Below, piece by piece: positions 33,449 to 43,242 of a stretch of DNA of 64,000 nt (its first letter is position 1; every line of letters begins with the position of its first letter). Under the pieces are notes generated by a model. That model worked only from the letters and a program-made list of their open reading frames with translations, was not told where the DNA came from and ran no database searches. The stretch comes from a virus: the IMG/VR virus record IMGVR_UViG_3300045988_140747; one strand, written 5' to 3'. The position numbers and the translations under genes were made by a program.

Positions 33449-34384
33449 GTGAACAATAAAATTCACCAAGAAGCTGTCAAACAGGCCACACAGGCCAAAT
33501 TCCGCGGCAAAAAGACCATCAAGTGCAAAACCAAACCATTATACCCGGAATCTGCCGAACGAGAGTATGCCCGAGTTACAAACGGCTACATGAAAATCCT
33601 CGACGATACTGTCAAGAAGCACATGCCAGCTATCATGAAAGCATACAAGGCAGATCTCGATGCAAGCATCCGAGAAGATGACATCCATGATGTTTTCGAC
33701 AAAACCCGCCGGGAATTCCAAAGAATGGCTGAAGAGCTTGAACGGAAACTTGCAAAGTATGGGCTGCAGAACCTCGTTGGCAAAGTCGCTCGCGTCGCAA
33801 GAAAGAGCTCATATAGGCAGTGGAAACGGGCCTGCAAGCAAACTCTCGGCATCGACCTTATGGACGATTACTACAACGGAGACTTCTATCGGCAAGCTGT
33901 TCAGAAATGGGTTGACGACAATGTCTTGAAGATTAAGAGCCTTCCGAATGACTCTCTCGGGTCAATGCAGCAGATTGTCTATAAGGGTTTTCAAAGTGGT
34001 GCAAGCGTCAGAGACATCTCGAAGGAGATTCAGGACGAGTACCAAACATCCAAGCATCAGGCACAAATGCTTGCTAGGGATCAGCTGTCCACCCTGAATT
34101 CTCAAATCACCCGACTTCAGCAAGAGGATGCCGGCTGTAAGCGATATAGGTGGTCAACGTCCAAAGACTCCCGAGTCCGGGACTGCCACAAGTCCTTCGA
34201 AGGAAAAGTGTTCAGCTGGGACGACCCACCTGAAGGATGGTATAAGACCAAGAACGGAATCAAGTACACTGGACGAAGATGCCACCCCGGGGAGGACTAC
34301 ATGTGTAGATGCGTAGCGATCCCCGTTTTCGACTGGGAAACCATAGACGTCCCTATGCAGACTGATGGTGAAAAGGAGAGCTGA
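33449..34384 (+). CDS. MuF/SPP1 gp7-like minor head (head morphogenesis) protein
   Basis: Central helical region, then C-terminal RYRWSTSKDSRVRDCHKSFEGKVFSWDDPP...RCHPGEDYMCRCVAIPV, typical of the Phage_Mu_F domain. GTG start after GGGAAAGGGGA. Confidence 0.8.
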   Translation: MNNKIHQEAVKQATQAKFRGKKTIKCKTKPLYPESAEREYARVTNGYMKILDDTVKKHMPAIMKAYKADLDASIREDDIHDVFDKTRREFQRMAEELERKLAKYGLQNLVGKVARVARKSSYRQWKRACKQTLGIDLMDDYYNGDFYRQAVQKWVDDNVLKIKSLPNDSLGSMQQIVYKGFQSGASVRDISKEIQDEYQTSKHQAQMLARDQLSTLNSQITRLQQEDAGCKRYRWSTSKDSRVRDCHKSFEGKVFSWDDPPEGWYKTKNGIKYTGRRCHPGEDYMCRCVAIPVFDWETIDVPMQTDGEKES

Positions 34385-34389
34385 TTTCA

Positions 34390-34578
34390 ATGGAAACCAA
34401 AGAAAAGATCGAAGTTTTCATTGACATTGAGAACGGGAACACGGTCTGCATCTGCAAACGCACTCGAAAAGGATGCAAAAAGTTCTGCGAAGCAGCTGTT
34501 GTTGAGAGGGATAAGTACCTCGGCTGGGAAAAGACGTTCCGACAGAACCGATACGGAAAATGCGATGGAATAGACTGA
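34390..34578 (+). CDS. small Cys-containing protein
   Basis: 62 aa, RBS AAAAGGAGAG. Confidence 0.5.
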   Translation: METKEKIEVFIDIENGNTVCICKRTRKGCKKFCEAAVVERDKYLGWEKTFRQNRYGKCDGID

Positions 34579-34666
34579 AGGGGTGGCAGACTTGAGGTCG
34601 AGATCGCGATCACTGGTCAGAATACCAAGAAGCTCAACTGGTAGATCATAGAAAGGAACTTTTTAC

Positions 34667-35566
34667 ATGAAAAACACAATACAAGATATTCGAGAGAGAC
34701 AGATGCTTCGAAGGAAAGCGATGGACAGCCGAAAGCTTGTTATTTTTCGAAAAGACGGTTTGCCGGTTGTTGTTAGCGAGGATGGAGGCCCGGGGTCCGG
34801 TAATTTCGGACATGGAGGGCGTCCTGGAAAGGTTGGCGGTTCATCTGGCGGAGAAGGCTCTAAAAGCGCATCTGCTCCCAGCAGTAAAGCACCAAAAGCC
34901 AAGACTTACAACAATGAGATATCAAAAGCGTATAAGTCGAAGAACTACGCAGATGTTGGCAAAGCAATTAGAAAATGCGTTACGGATGCACCTATCGGCT
35001 CGAAATTCACCTCAAACGGAAACTCCTACACCAAAACAGGAGACGATACATTCGAGTATACAATCGCTTCGTTTCCGAATAAAAAGTTTCCTGCCAATAC
35101 GAACATGGTTGTAAATAACGCCGACTTGTTCAAATCCGAAAACGCTCTGAAGTTTGAAGAAAGTGAAGAAAAAGCATCGAAAGCCAGTGAAGAACAGGCA
35201 TCCGCTCCGCAGAAAAAAACTTCAGATAAAGAAACTTCGTCCCGAAAGCCGACCTTTAGCGGAAGCAAAAAGACCGAAGGAATTCGTTCTTTTGGTGGCA
35301 TCAAGTGGAACGAAAGAAATGAAATTCTCGAGAAAGCCCCAGTTGGAGCTAAAATCGAAGGAATTGTCAGCAATTCCGGGCGCCCGGTTGTCATTGAAAA
35401 GACGAGCGGTATTGTTTCCAAAACGTCTTATTTCGGAGACATCTTCAAAGAGAAGGAGGATTACTGGGAAGTCAACGGAGAAAGGGCTAACGGAAGCTCG
35501 CAGATTGCTGAGATTATTGGTCAGACTCTGAAGGGCACGAGCAAGTACTACAAGCTGAAGGAATAA
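34667..35566 (+). CDS. hypothetical virion-cargo-like protein carrying the GSGN linker motif near its N-terminus
   Basis: 299 aa. Residues 39-62 are DGGPGSGNFGHGGRPGKVGGSS. The rest is Lys/Ser-rich and unrecognised. Confidence 0.65.
   Translation: MKNTIQDIRERQMLRRKAMDSRKLVIFRKDGLPVVVSEDGGPGSGNFGHGGRPGKVGGSSGGEGSKSASAPSSKAPKAKTYNNEISKAYKSKNYADVGKAIRKCVTDAPIGSKFTSNGNSYTKTGDDTFEYTIASFPNKKFPANTNMVVNNADLFKSENALKFEESEEKASKASEEQASAPQKKTSDKETSSRKPTFSGSKKTEGIRSFGGIKWNERNEILEKAPVGAKIEGIVSNSGRPVVIEKTSGIVSKTSYFGDIFKEKEDYWEVNGERANGSSQIAEIIGQTLKGTSKYYKLKE
34781..34853 (+). repeat. linker motif copy 4: DGGPGSGNFGHGGRPGKVGGSS
   Basis: Read directly from the translation of 34667-35566. Confidence 0.9.
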
Positions 35567-35602
35567 CGGCTATAGTCGTGCCATCACTTGATTGAATGAA
35601 AG

Positions 35603-35896
35603 GTGTTGTTTATGCAAAATTCTGCGGCTGTAGGTAGTATCTGCGCACAACTTATCAAGTCGTGCGAGAAGGTTCAAACGATCACATCGGCTATGGATGC
35701 TTTTGAGCAGACTAACGAGAAGCTCGTTGAATCTTATGGGAACATTCGGTTTGACGAACTCGAGCACATCCAGATTCTCACGCTGATGCTCACGGAGCTT
35801 GTCTCCGTTGAGAACGAGGAGAACATGGATGGAGAGGGGAGCGTATTTGCCCCCGGAGATCTCAACGACGTAAAGAAATGTGAGGGCGAGGAATGA
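35603..35896 (+). CDS. hypothetical protein
   Basis: 97 aa. Precedes the scaffold gene with an ATGA overlap. Confidence 0.5.
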   Translation: MLFMQNSAAVGSICAQLIKSCEKVQTITSAMDAFEQTNEKLVESYGNIRFDELEHIQILTLMLTELVSVENEENMDGEGSVFAPGDLNDVKKCEGEE

Positions 35897-37452
35897 CAAG
35901 AAATACCGAAAATGCACCGCCCAAGCTTTCTAGGGTCTACCGGCTCGATAGCTCTCCTGTGAATTCCACCTATTTCACTGAGGAAGGTTATCTGATCGAC
36001 CACCCGATTCTGACAAGCATCGGAATCTTCGAATACACGAACCCTGACGGAACCACTCGCAGGGAACTGCGAATTCCTGAAGAGGTTTTTAAGCCTGAAA
36101 GCCTCAAGTCCTATAAGGGTAAGCCTATCATCGTGACTCATGATGCCGGGCTTATCACCAAGGATAACGTTGGCGAAGAGGCAATCGGAACAATCCTGTC
36201 TGAAGGATACCAGGACAAGGATGACGTCCGAGCCGAAATCATCATCCATGATACGGATGAGATGAAATCTGTTGGGTTGAAGGAGCTGTCGCTCGGCTAT
36301 AACCTCACGCTCGATGAAACGCCGGGCGTGTGGGAAGGCAAGCCGTATGACGCTATTCAGCGAGATATTACCATCAATCACCTTGCGCTGGTTCTTCAAG
36401 CGAGAGCTGGCGACCAAGCACGGCTTAACATCGATAGCCGTGACCGCACTACGAAAGGAGTAAAAACCACCATGAGCAAGAAGATCAAAAAGTTCGGCTC
36501 TCGCGCCGACGGTGTTCTGAGCCCCGAAGAGCTGCAGAAGGCAATCGCCGACTACAAGAAGCGCCGCGCAGAGCGCATCGAGGGTCAGAAGGATGCAGAT
36601 GACGTTGCTCCTGCAGAAGCAGAGAACAAAAAGCCTGCTGCTGTCGAGACCGACGGAGATGAGACTGCTCCAACTGGCGCTGACGACCAGAAGAACGCAG
36701 TTCAGGCTGTCAAGGACCGCCGCGATCGTCGCGATGAGGAAGGCGACCCGAAAGATAAGGATGCCGCAATGGGCGTTATTGCCCAGCAGGATAGCGACAT
36801 GGATATCCTGTTTGACATCATCGACACCCTGCTGGCCGAGCGCGACATGAAGACTTCCGCCACCGATGGAGAGGAATGCGATCCCGAGGATCCCAACACC
36901 GACGCCGATGACGAGGAGAACAAGCCCGCATCTGCACTGGCTGCGGTCAACGGCGATGAGGACGAGGACGAGGATGAGGATCTCAACTCCGACGAGGATG
37001 ATGAAGAGGAAGTCAATGCCGATGAGGACGACGATGAGGTGCCTTCCACGAACGAGGGAGATGTCGGCAGCGCTGTCGTCAAGGAACCCACTTCCAATAT
37101 GGACTCTATCGATGCCATCGTTCGCCAGCGCGTCCAGCTCGGCATCGCAGGATCCAAGCTCGGCATCAAGGGCCTTGAGAACATGAAGCTGTCAAAGGCC
37201 AAGAAGACCGTCATTCGCGCAGTCAACCCCGGCATTCGTCTGGATGGCAAGAGCGATGCCTACATCAACGGCGCGTTCAGCTGCGCAATGGCTGCAATCA
37301 ATGCTCCTGCAAAGAAGGGCATTGCCTATCAGAAGAAGCAGATGTTCAACGGCGATTCCCGCGACTTTGCTTCTCGCACCACCAAGATGACTTCTGCTGA
37401 TGCAGCACGCGCTCGCATGATCGAGCGCCGTATGAACAAGGAGGTAAAGTAA
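35893..37452 (+). CDS. DUF2213-like head scaffolding / maturation protein
   Basis: N-domain YFTEEGYLIDHPILTSIGIFEY...ELRIPEEVF...KGKPIIVTHD...LSLGY...INHLALV (DUF2213 pattern), then a long acidic low-complexity region (DEDEDEDED...). Confidence 0.65.
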   Translation: MTRNTENAPPKLSRVYRLDSSPVNSTYFTEEGYLIDHPILTSIGIFEYTNPDGTTRRELRIPEEVFKPESLKSYKGKPIIVTHDAGLITKDNVGEEAIGTILSEGYQDKDDVRAEIIIHDTDEMKSVGLKELSLGYNLTLDETPGVWEGKPYDAIQRDITINHLALVLQARAGDQARLNIDSRDRTTKGVKTTMSKKIKKFGSRADGVLSPEELQKAIADYKKRRAERIEGQKDADDVAPAEAENKKPAAVETDGDETAPTGADDQKNAVQAVKDRRDRRDEEGDPKDKDAAMGVIAQQDSDMDILFDIIDTLLAERDMKTSATDGEECDPEDPNTDADDEENKPASALAAVNGDEDEDEDEDLNSDEDDEEEVNADEDDDEVPSTNEGDVGSAVVKEPTSNMDSIDAIVRQRVQLGIAGSKLGIKGLENMKLSKAKKTVIRAVNPGIRLDGKSDAYINGAFSCAMAAINAPAKKGIAYQKKQMFNGDSRDFASRTTKMTSADAARARMIERRMNKEVK

Positions 37453-37453
37453 C

Positions 37454-37960
37454 ATGAGCGCACAGATCAATTACGGATTTTCTACCCCGATCGGCTCTGC
37501 TGGCGGCATTGTCGATCTGGCTCCCTATGCCATTGACAGCTTCCTGAACGATGAGGATAACGGCAAGCTGAAGTTCGGCATCGGCGTTGTCCGCGGAGAG
37601 AAGCCCGGCGTTGGCATTAAGCTGCCTGCCACCGATTCCACCGCTGCCAAGTTTGAAGGCATCACCACAAACAACCGTACCACTGAGTACAATATGGACG
37701 GTGACCTGTCCATCCGTAAGGGCGCATCCGTTGGTGTCATGCGTTATGGTCGCATCTATGCTCGCGTTGCAGATGGTGTGACGGTCAAGTATGGTGATGC
37801 ACTGTATCTGCTGACCGATGGCGAAAATGCCGGCATGTTTACCAACGCTGCATCTGCTACCACTCCCAAAGCTGTGGCTGTCAAGGGACGCTTCCTTGGC
37901 GCAGCTGATCTCAGCACCAAGGTCGCCGCCGTCGAGCTGTTCGATCAGGCACAGGCTTAA
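37454..37960 (+). CDS. capsid cement/decoration protein (Gp24/DUF2190-like)
   Basis: 168 aa, lying between the DUF2213-like and major capsid genes as in related head modules. Gly-rich beta-type sequence. Confidence 0.5.
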   Translation: MSAQINYGFSTPIGSAGGIVDLAPYAIDSFLNDEDNGKLKFGIGVVRGEKPGVGIKLPATDSTAAKFEGITTNNRTTEYNMDGDLSIRKGASVGVMRYGRIYARVADGVTVKYGDALYLLTDGENAGMFTNAASATTPKAVAVKGRFLGAADLSTKVAAVELFDQAQA

Positions 37961-37980
37961 ACAGAAAGGAGAAAATCACA

Positions 37981-39024
37981 ATGGCTATTAAGAAAGCTTC
38001 TTACAACAAGGATGAAGCAAAGGCTCTGCGCAACTCTGCCATTCCCGCAGCCGTCATGGCCTCCGAGGGTACTCGCTTCGACAGCGCTGATGACGCTTCC
38101 GTCTTTTTTGCCCGCGAGCTGGATCACGTCAAGGCTGAGTCCTACGACGTTGAGTACCCGGAGTTCACGGCTCTGAACCTTTTCCCGGTCAGCAACGAGA
38201 CTGATCCTGGCGCAGAGACCGTCACCTACTACACCTACGACAAGACCGGTCTGGCAAAGGTCATCGACAACTACAGCACCGACCTGCCCCGTGCTGATGT
38301 GACCGGCAAGCCCAGCTATGCTCAGGTGAAGTCCATCGGCGACAGCTATGGCTACTCCGCACAGGAGATGCGTGCATCCCGCATGGCCGGCAAGTCTCTG
38401 GACTCCCGCAAGGCTGAGTCTGCTCGCTACCAGATCGACAACCTGACCAACCGCATTGCATGGGCTGGTGATGAAAACTCCGGCCTGATGGGTGTTCTGT
38501 CTACTGGTCAGAATGTCCCTCTGTACACCATCGGAAATGGTGCTGGAAACAAGGCTGACTGGGCAAGTAAGACTGCCGATGAGATTCTGGCCGATGTCAA
38601 CGGTATGCAGAAGCAGGTCGCCCGCGTCACCAAGAACGTTGAGCGTCCTGATACTCTGTGCGTGCCTTCTGATGTCTACATGGATATCAGCACCCGCCGC
38701 ATTCCCGATACCGCTACCACCGTCAAGGCTTTCCTGCTGGAGAACGCTCCCTACCTGAAGGATATCGTTTCCGCCGCAGAGCTGGATGCTGACTCCGTTG
38801 ATACCAACCCCTATGCAAAGGCCGCCACTGGCGGCAAGGGCGTTGCGTTCCTGTTCAAGAATGACAAGCGCAAGATGTCTCTGGAGAACCCCATGCCCTT
38901 TATGCAGTACCCGCTGCAGGTCAAGGGCCTGGAAACCGTCATTCCCTGTGAGGCTCGTACCGCCGGTGTCATTTTCTACTACCCGCTGTCCGCTCTGATC
39001 GCCGTTGGCGTTTCCGTGAACTGA
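37981..39024 (+). CDS. major capsid protein (DUF2184-like)
   Basis: 347 aa, strong RBS GAAAGGAGA. FFARELDHVKAESYDVEYPEF...TYYTYDKTG pattern. Followed by a strong terminator. Confidence 0.8.
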   Translation: MAIKKASYNKDEAKALRNSAIPAAVMASEGTRFDSADDASVFFARELDHVKAESYDVEYPEFTALNLFPVSNETDPGAETVTYYTYDKTGLAKVIDNYSTDLPRADVTGKPSYAQVKSIGDSYGYSAQEMRASRMAGKSLDSRKAESARYQIDNLTNRIAWAGDENSGLMGVLSTGQNVPLYTIGNGAGNKADWASKTADEILADVNGMQKQVARVTKNVERPDTLCVPSDVYMDISTRRIPDTATTVKAFLLENAPYLKDIVSAAELDADSVDTNPYAKAATGGKGVAFLFKNDKRKMSLENPMPFMQYPLQVKGLETVIPCEARTAGVIFYYPLSALIAVGVSVN

Positions 39025-39048
39025 TCTTTAACGACTATAAGATTCTCG

Positions 39049-39086
39049 AAGAGGTTGTCCATGAGGGCAACCTCTTTGTTTTTTAT
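39049..39086 (+). terminator. rho-independent terminator after the capsid gene
   Basis: AAGAGGTTGTCC-atga-GGGCAACCTCTT (12 bp with one G-T), then TGTTTTTT. Confidence 0.8.
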
Positions 39087-39106
39087 GAAAGTGAAAGGAC
39101 GAGACT

Positions 39107-39370
39107 ATGATTCTCTCTAATATTGGCACGAAGATTATCAATGTTGGCTCTACTGTTCTCATGCCTGGTGACAATATGAAGATCGATGCAGAAATTGCCA
39201 CTCTGCCCGCCATCGAGGCATTCAAGGAAATGGGGTTTGTGGCTGTCATCGGTGAAGAGCCTGAGCACACCTCTGAACCTAATACAGCAGATGAAAACGT
39301 TGCTGACGAGGCGGCAACCGTTAAGCGCCGTGGCCGCAAGCCTGCTGCTGAGGAAGCTCCACAGGAGTAA
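39107..39370 (+). CDS. hypothetical head-associated protein
   Basis: 87 aa, RBS GAAAGGA. Basic C-terminus. Confidence 0.55.
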   Translation: MILSNIGTKIINVGSTVLMPGDNMKIDAEIATLPAIEAFKEMGFVAVIGEEPEHTSEPNTADENVADEAATVKRRGRKPAAEEAPQE

Positions 39371-39382
39371 CGGAGGAATTTC

Positions 39383-39772
39383 ATGCCCGCCATCGAGATT
39401 ATTCGGCTCATCGGAGCGGAGTTTAGCGAAGTTGATGAAGATACCATTTTGAAATGGATCGAGCTGGTCAAACCGATGGTCAGCAAAAAGCAGTTTGGAG
39501 ATCTCTATGAACAGGCTATTGCTTATCTGGTGTGTCACAAGCTGAAGATGTCCGGCAATGGTCAGAACCCCCTCGGAGAAATTGGCGCCATTGGCGTTGG
39601 GTTTTCCATCAGCAGCGTATCTGAAGGTGGAACCAGTGTTAGCTTTGGAGCTGGACAGAGTTCAAACCTCGCTACGGATGCAGAGCTCACGCTCACCGCC
39701 TATGGCCTGCAGTATCTGTCTCTCCGTCGGCTTGTAATTATTCCTATTCGATGCAGTGGAGAAAACCAGTAA
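39383..39772 (+). CDS. head-tail adaptor (DUF4054-like)
   Basis: [27 protein letters not shown]...[17 protein letters not shown] fits the DUF4054 connector pattern. Confidence 0.6.
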   Translation: MPAIEIIRLIGAEFSEVDEDTILKWIELVKPMVSKKQFGDLYEQAIAYLVCHKLKMSGNGQNPLGEIGAIGVGFSISSVSEGGTSVSFGAGQSSNLATDAELTLTAYGLQYLSLRRLVIIPIRCSGENQ

Positions 39773-39782
39773 GGAGGACTTC

Positions 39783-40262
39783 ATGGGTGAGATTGCAAAC
39801 GCTCTCGGACTTAATCTGACTCCAGAAGGCGCTGTTGCTATCGCAAGACTCGAAGAGCTGAACGGACTCACCATCGAGGTCGGCTATCACGAAGATCAGA
39901 TTGCTGATGATGGAAAGACTCCACTCGCAGCTATCGCCTACTGGAACCACTTCGGAACTGTATCTGAAAATGGTTCCGTTGCTATACCAGCTAGACCGTT
40001 CATGGACGCGCTTAATACGCATAAGGATCAAGTTCAACAAATTGCGCAAAGTGCCCTTTCATCTGCGGCATCTGGACAAGAAACAGCCTCGATTATCGGA
40101 GCTGCTGCCGTTGGCATCATACAGAAAGAAATTGTTGATGGAAAGTGGGTTCCGAATGCTCCTTCCACCATCAAGAAAAAGGGAAGTGCTCAACCCCTGA
40201 TCGATACAGGTCATATGCGCCAGTCCTGCCATTTCGTAGTCAAGAATAAGGAGGAGCAGTAA
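39783..40262 (+). CDS. head-tail connector/neck protein
   Basis: ATG 39783 after TAAGGAGG. 159 aa. Assignment is positional. Confidence 0.5.
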   Translation: MGEIANALGLNLTPEGAVAIARLEELNGLTIEVGYHEDQIADDGKTPLAAIAYWNHFGTVSENGSVAIPARPFMDALNTHKDQVQQIAQSALSSAASGQETASIIGAAAVGIIQKEIVDGKWVPNAPSTIKKKGSAQPLIDTGHMRQSCHFVVKNKEEQ

Positions 40263-40267
40263 CTGCT

Positions 40268-40639
40268 ATGGTTTTCTTCAAAAAGCCGTACAAGGTAAGA
40301 CGGTACGGAAAAACAGAGTGGACAAACGGCTATGCAGCTGCTCCGTATGAAGATATTACGCTGCATCTTGATGTTCAAGGAACCACTCGCACAAATCAAG
40401 ATGATCCTGCCGGCAGATATCCAACTGGATCTCTTACAGTGTACAGCGATGAAGCACTTCACCCTGCCGAGCCAGACAATCAGGAAACTGGCGACCGTCT
40501 TGAAATGATGGGGCGATGGTATATCTGCAAAAGTTCAGTGTACTGGGGGAACACAATACTCAAGCACTGGGTTTCCCAGTTTGAAGCTATCGATGGCGAA
40601 CCGACCGGAGGTGAAAAAGGTGATAGCATCAGCATGTAG
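40268..40639 (+). CDS. neck/tail-terminator-like protein
   Basis: 123 aa. Assignment is positional. Confidence 0.45.
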   Translation: MVFFKKPYKVRRYGKTEWTNGYAAAPYEDITLHLDVQGTTRTNQDDPAGRYPTGSLTVYSDEALHPAEPDNQETGDRLEMMGRWYICKSSVYWGNTILKHWVSQFEAIDGEPTGGEKGDSISM

Positions 40640-41210
40640 GGAGTACATAAGAAAACTCTTTTCTGATCTGTACCCCGGCTGCACCGTTATCTATTCGTAT
40701 CCCGGGATCTCTCCAAGACCACCGCTTCCATATATCGTGCTTGACTTTGGAAAGGTGCAAACATCCAAAGTTAATGCCGCTATCGAAGACGGCATTCTTC
40801 AGCAAGCATGGTACAAAACCATTCCGTTTACTGCTGAGCTTGTCGCATCAAGCAAAGTGACCCACTCTGATGGAAGCATGAGCGTTTCTGCCTCTACTGT
40901 TGTAGATGATCTCGATAGGTCAATTCAGTTTCTGAGGAGTGATTACGTTGCAGATCAGTCCAGAGCTGTCAACATTGCAATCTCGGTCGCCGGAGACCCC
41001 GAGCCTGTTTACAATGCTGCACCCAGCGTTGAACGAGCAAAGTGTTCCTACTCCGTTGATTTTATTGAATCTACAGATGAATATGCTGCGCTCCATCCGG
41101 CAGATGGCGTCTATTCTGCAGATCATCCGAGTGCCGCATCCGAAAAGCTCACAAATATGCAAGCGGGTTGGTTCAACGAAGCTGAAATCATCCCAAAGGT
41201 TAATGAATAA
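40620..41210 (+). CDS. neck/tail completion protein
   Basis: GTG 40620, 9 nt after GGAGG 40606-40610. 196 aa. Assignment is positional. Confidence 0.45.
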   Translation: MIASACREYIRKLFSDLYPGCTVIYSYPGISPRPPLPYIVLDFGKVQTSKVNAAIEDGILQQAWYKTIPFTAELVASSKVTHSDGSMSVSASTVVDDLDRSIQFLRSDYVADQSRAVNIAISVAGDPEPVYNAAPSVERAKCSYSVDFIESTDEYAALHPADGVYSADHPSAASEKLTNMQAGWFNEAEIIPKVNE

Positions 41211-41224
41211 AGGAGCGATTACGT

Positions 41225-42271
41225 ATGAATATCGACAAGATCGTACAGTGCGATATTGCTATTTCTGAAGCGGTTTCCATCGATGGAGGATACGATACCA
41301 TCCTGCTTATTGGTCCGCTTCCCAAGAATCCCGGGGGACGGAGCACTCCCGATATTGCTGGATACTCCAGCACTCAGGAACTCAAAGAGGCTGGATTCGA
41401 TACCGAAGATCCTATCTATATCGCAGCCTCAAAGGCTTTTTCCCAAACGCCGAAGCCCACAATGGTCATGGTCGCGGTACAGAAACTGATTTCTGGCTCG
41501 ACAGAAAAGGTCGATGTCACTCTCGAACGTGCCATGGGTGTTCCTGGCTGGTATTGCGTATGCCCTGCAGGAATCAAGGAAGACTTCTACCAGTCCATTG
41601 CTGACTGGGTTGAAGCCAATGAAAAACTTTGCGTTTGTGAAACCACCGGCATCTCCGCATCTCCTGTCACAGACTCTATGATGCGAACAGCTGTTATTCA
41701 CGCATCTGCTGAAAACGACTGTATCAATGTCGCATTTGCCGCAAAGTTCTTGGCCTATGACCCCGGTTCTGAGCAGTGGTCTTTCAAGACCCTGAATGCT
41801 ATTTCCGCGCAGAGCCTGTCTTCTTCTGACACGACAAAGCTCGAAGAGCGTAACATTTCCTACTACATCAGAATTGGGAATATGGCTATGGTTCAGGGCG
41901 GCAAGGTCTCTGGCGGAGAATGGATCGATACTATCCGGTTCCGTGACTGGCTAAAGGCCACAATTCAGCAGAAGGTCTTGAACCTGATCGTGTCCGTTCC
42001 CAAAATTCCGTACACTGACCCGGGCATTGGCCTTGTTTATAACGCCGTCAAGGATGCACTTGAAGCCGGCGTTGCAGCTGGCGGTATCGCCGCCCCGTCT
42101 GCTTCTGAAGACAATTCGGCTCTTGTACCAGCATACACCATTGAAGTTCCCCGCGCTGCTGACCTCGACGCATCTGAGCGCAAGTCTCGTAGGCTTCCCA
42201 GTGTCAAATGGTCCGCACAGCTTGCTGGCGCTATCATTGCTGTAAAGATCAGCGGCGTGCTGAACTATTGA
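41225..42271 (+). CDS. tail sheath-like protein (DUF3383-like)
   Basis: 348 aa. GGYDTILLIGPLPK...TPKPTMVMVAV pattern. Followed by a tube-like gene, the chaperone and the tape measure. Confidence 0.6.
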   Translation: MNIDKIVQCDIAISEAVSIDGGYDTILLIGPLPKNPGGRSTPDIAGYSSTQELKEAGFDTEDPIYIAASKAFSQTPKPTMVMVAVQKLISGSTEKVDVTLERAMGVPGWYCVCPAGIKEDFYQSIADWVEANEKLCVCETTGISASPVTDSMMRTAVIHASAENDCINVAFAAKFLAYDPGSEQWSFKTLNAISAQSLSSSDTTKLEERNISYYIRIGNMAMVQGGKVSGGEWIDTIRFRDWLKATIQQKVLNLIVSVPKIPYTDPGIGLVYNAVKDALEAGVAAGGIAAPSASEDNSALVPAYTIEVPRAADLDASERKSRRLPSVKWSAQLAGAIIAVKISGVLNY

Positions 42272-42286
42272 GAAGGGAGAAGTTAA

Positions 42287-42706
42287 ATGCGAAACGATAT
42301 CCACGTTTACAGCCCCGATAATGTTATTACCGCTCTTGGCAACCATATGCCGAGCGGTTTCGCCCCGGACAGCTTCATCACCATTACTGAGCTTGGTGAT
42401 GGTGTCACTGATGAGGCTGGTGCTGACGGAGAGGTCGTTGTGAATGTTTCCAACGATCCTCGATATGAGGTTAAGATGGTGTTCCTGTACGGCTCTCAAA
42501 CGAACCAGTGGCTGCTGAATCGATACAATCTGCTCAAGAACAATCCGAACAGCGGATTTTTCTCTATGCTGATTACCGATCTCGGCGATAACCCTAAGTT
42601 CACTGCGACTCAGGCATGGATCACAAAGCCTGCAGGCATTGCTTACGGAAAGGCCGGCAACAATCAGGAGTGGACACTGCACTGCATTGGCAAGCTTGGT
42701 GAGTAA
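42287..42706 (+). CDS. tail tube protein (DUF3277-like)
   Basis: 139 aa. YSPDNVITALGNHMPSGFAPDSFITI...YEVKMVFLYGSQTNQWL pattern. Confidence 0.6.
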   Translation: MRNDIHVYSPDNVITALGNHMPSGFAPDSFITITELGDGVTDEAGADGEVVVNVSNDPRYEVKMVFLYGSQTNQWLLNRYNLLKNNPNSGFFSMLITDLGDNPKFTATQAWITKPAGIAYGKAGNNQEWTLHCIGKLGE

Positions 42707-42723
42707 CAGGAGGGCAACTACCA

Positions 42724-43242
42724 ATGAAAATGAAGCGAATGTCCGTTAAAGAAGTTGACATCGGCGGTTTTTCCTTTAAAATCCGCCCGTTCGGTGCTAT
42801 GGATGCAAGCTATATCTTTGGTGATGTTGTTTCCATTGTTCTGCCGATCATAGGAACAGTTGCCTTATCTTCTAACGATAGTGAAAAGGCATCCATTGCT
42901 GTCTCCGATAACATGAAGCTTGATGCCGAGTCGATTGCAACCTCTCTTGGAAAGCTGAACGGTAAAGAGCTTACGAATCTTATCCGCGAGCTGCTGCTCG
43001 ATCACAACAATGTTTCCTTCAGAGACAATGAAGCCGGCGGAGAGTTTCAGCGGCTCACACGGGACGATTTCGACGAGATCTTCTGTATGTACTTTGCCGG
43101 AGCTTTAAAGCTTTGCGCGGAGGTGCTGATTCAGAACTACGGAAATTTTTTCGGAGATGCCAACACCCTCTTTGGAAGCCTGCTCGATCGTTTTCTGGCG
43201 GAGAAATCAAAGAGTACGGCCAGTTTGACAACGAACGCCTAA
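42724..43242 (+). CDS. tail assembly chaperone (short form)
   Basis: 172 aa, directly upstream of the tape measure gene. Contains the slippery site. Confidence 0.65.
   Translation: MKMKRMSVKEVDIGGFSFKIRPFGAMDASYIFGDVVSIVLPIIGTVALSSNDSEKASIAVSDNMKLDAESIATSLGKLNGKELTNLIRELLLDHNNVSFRDNEAGGEFQRLTRDDFDEIFCMYFAGALKLCAEVLIQNYGNFFGDANTLFGSLLDRFLAEKSKSTASLTTNA

Noticed and set aside
36702-37250. Ser-rich 182-aa minus-strand ORF
   Set aside because: It is the mirror image of the GAT/GAG/GAA acidic low-complexity stretch of the scaffold gene.
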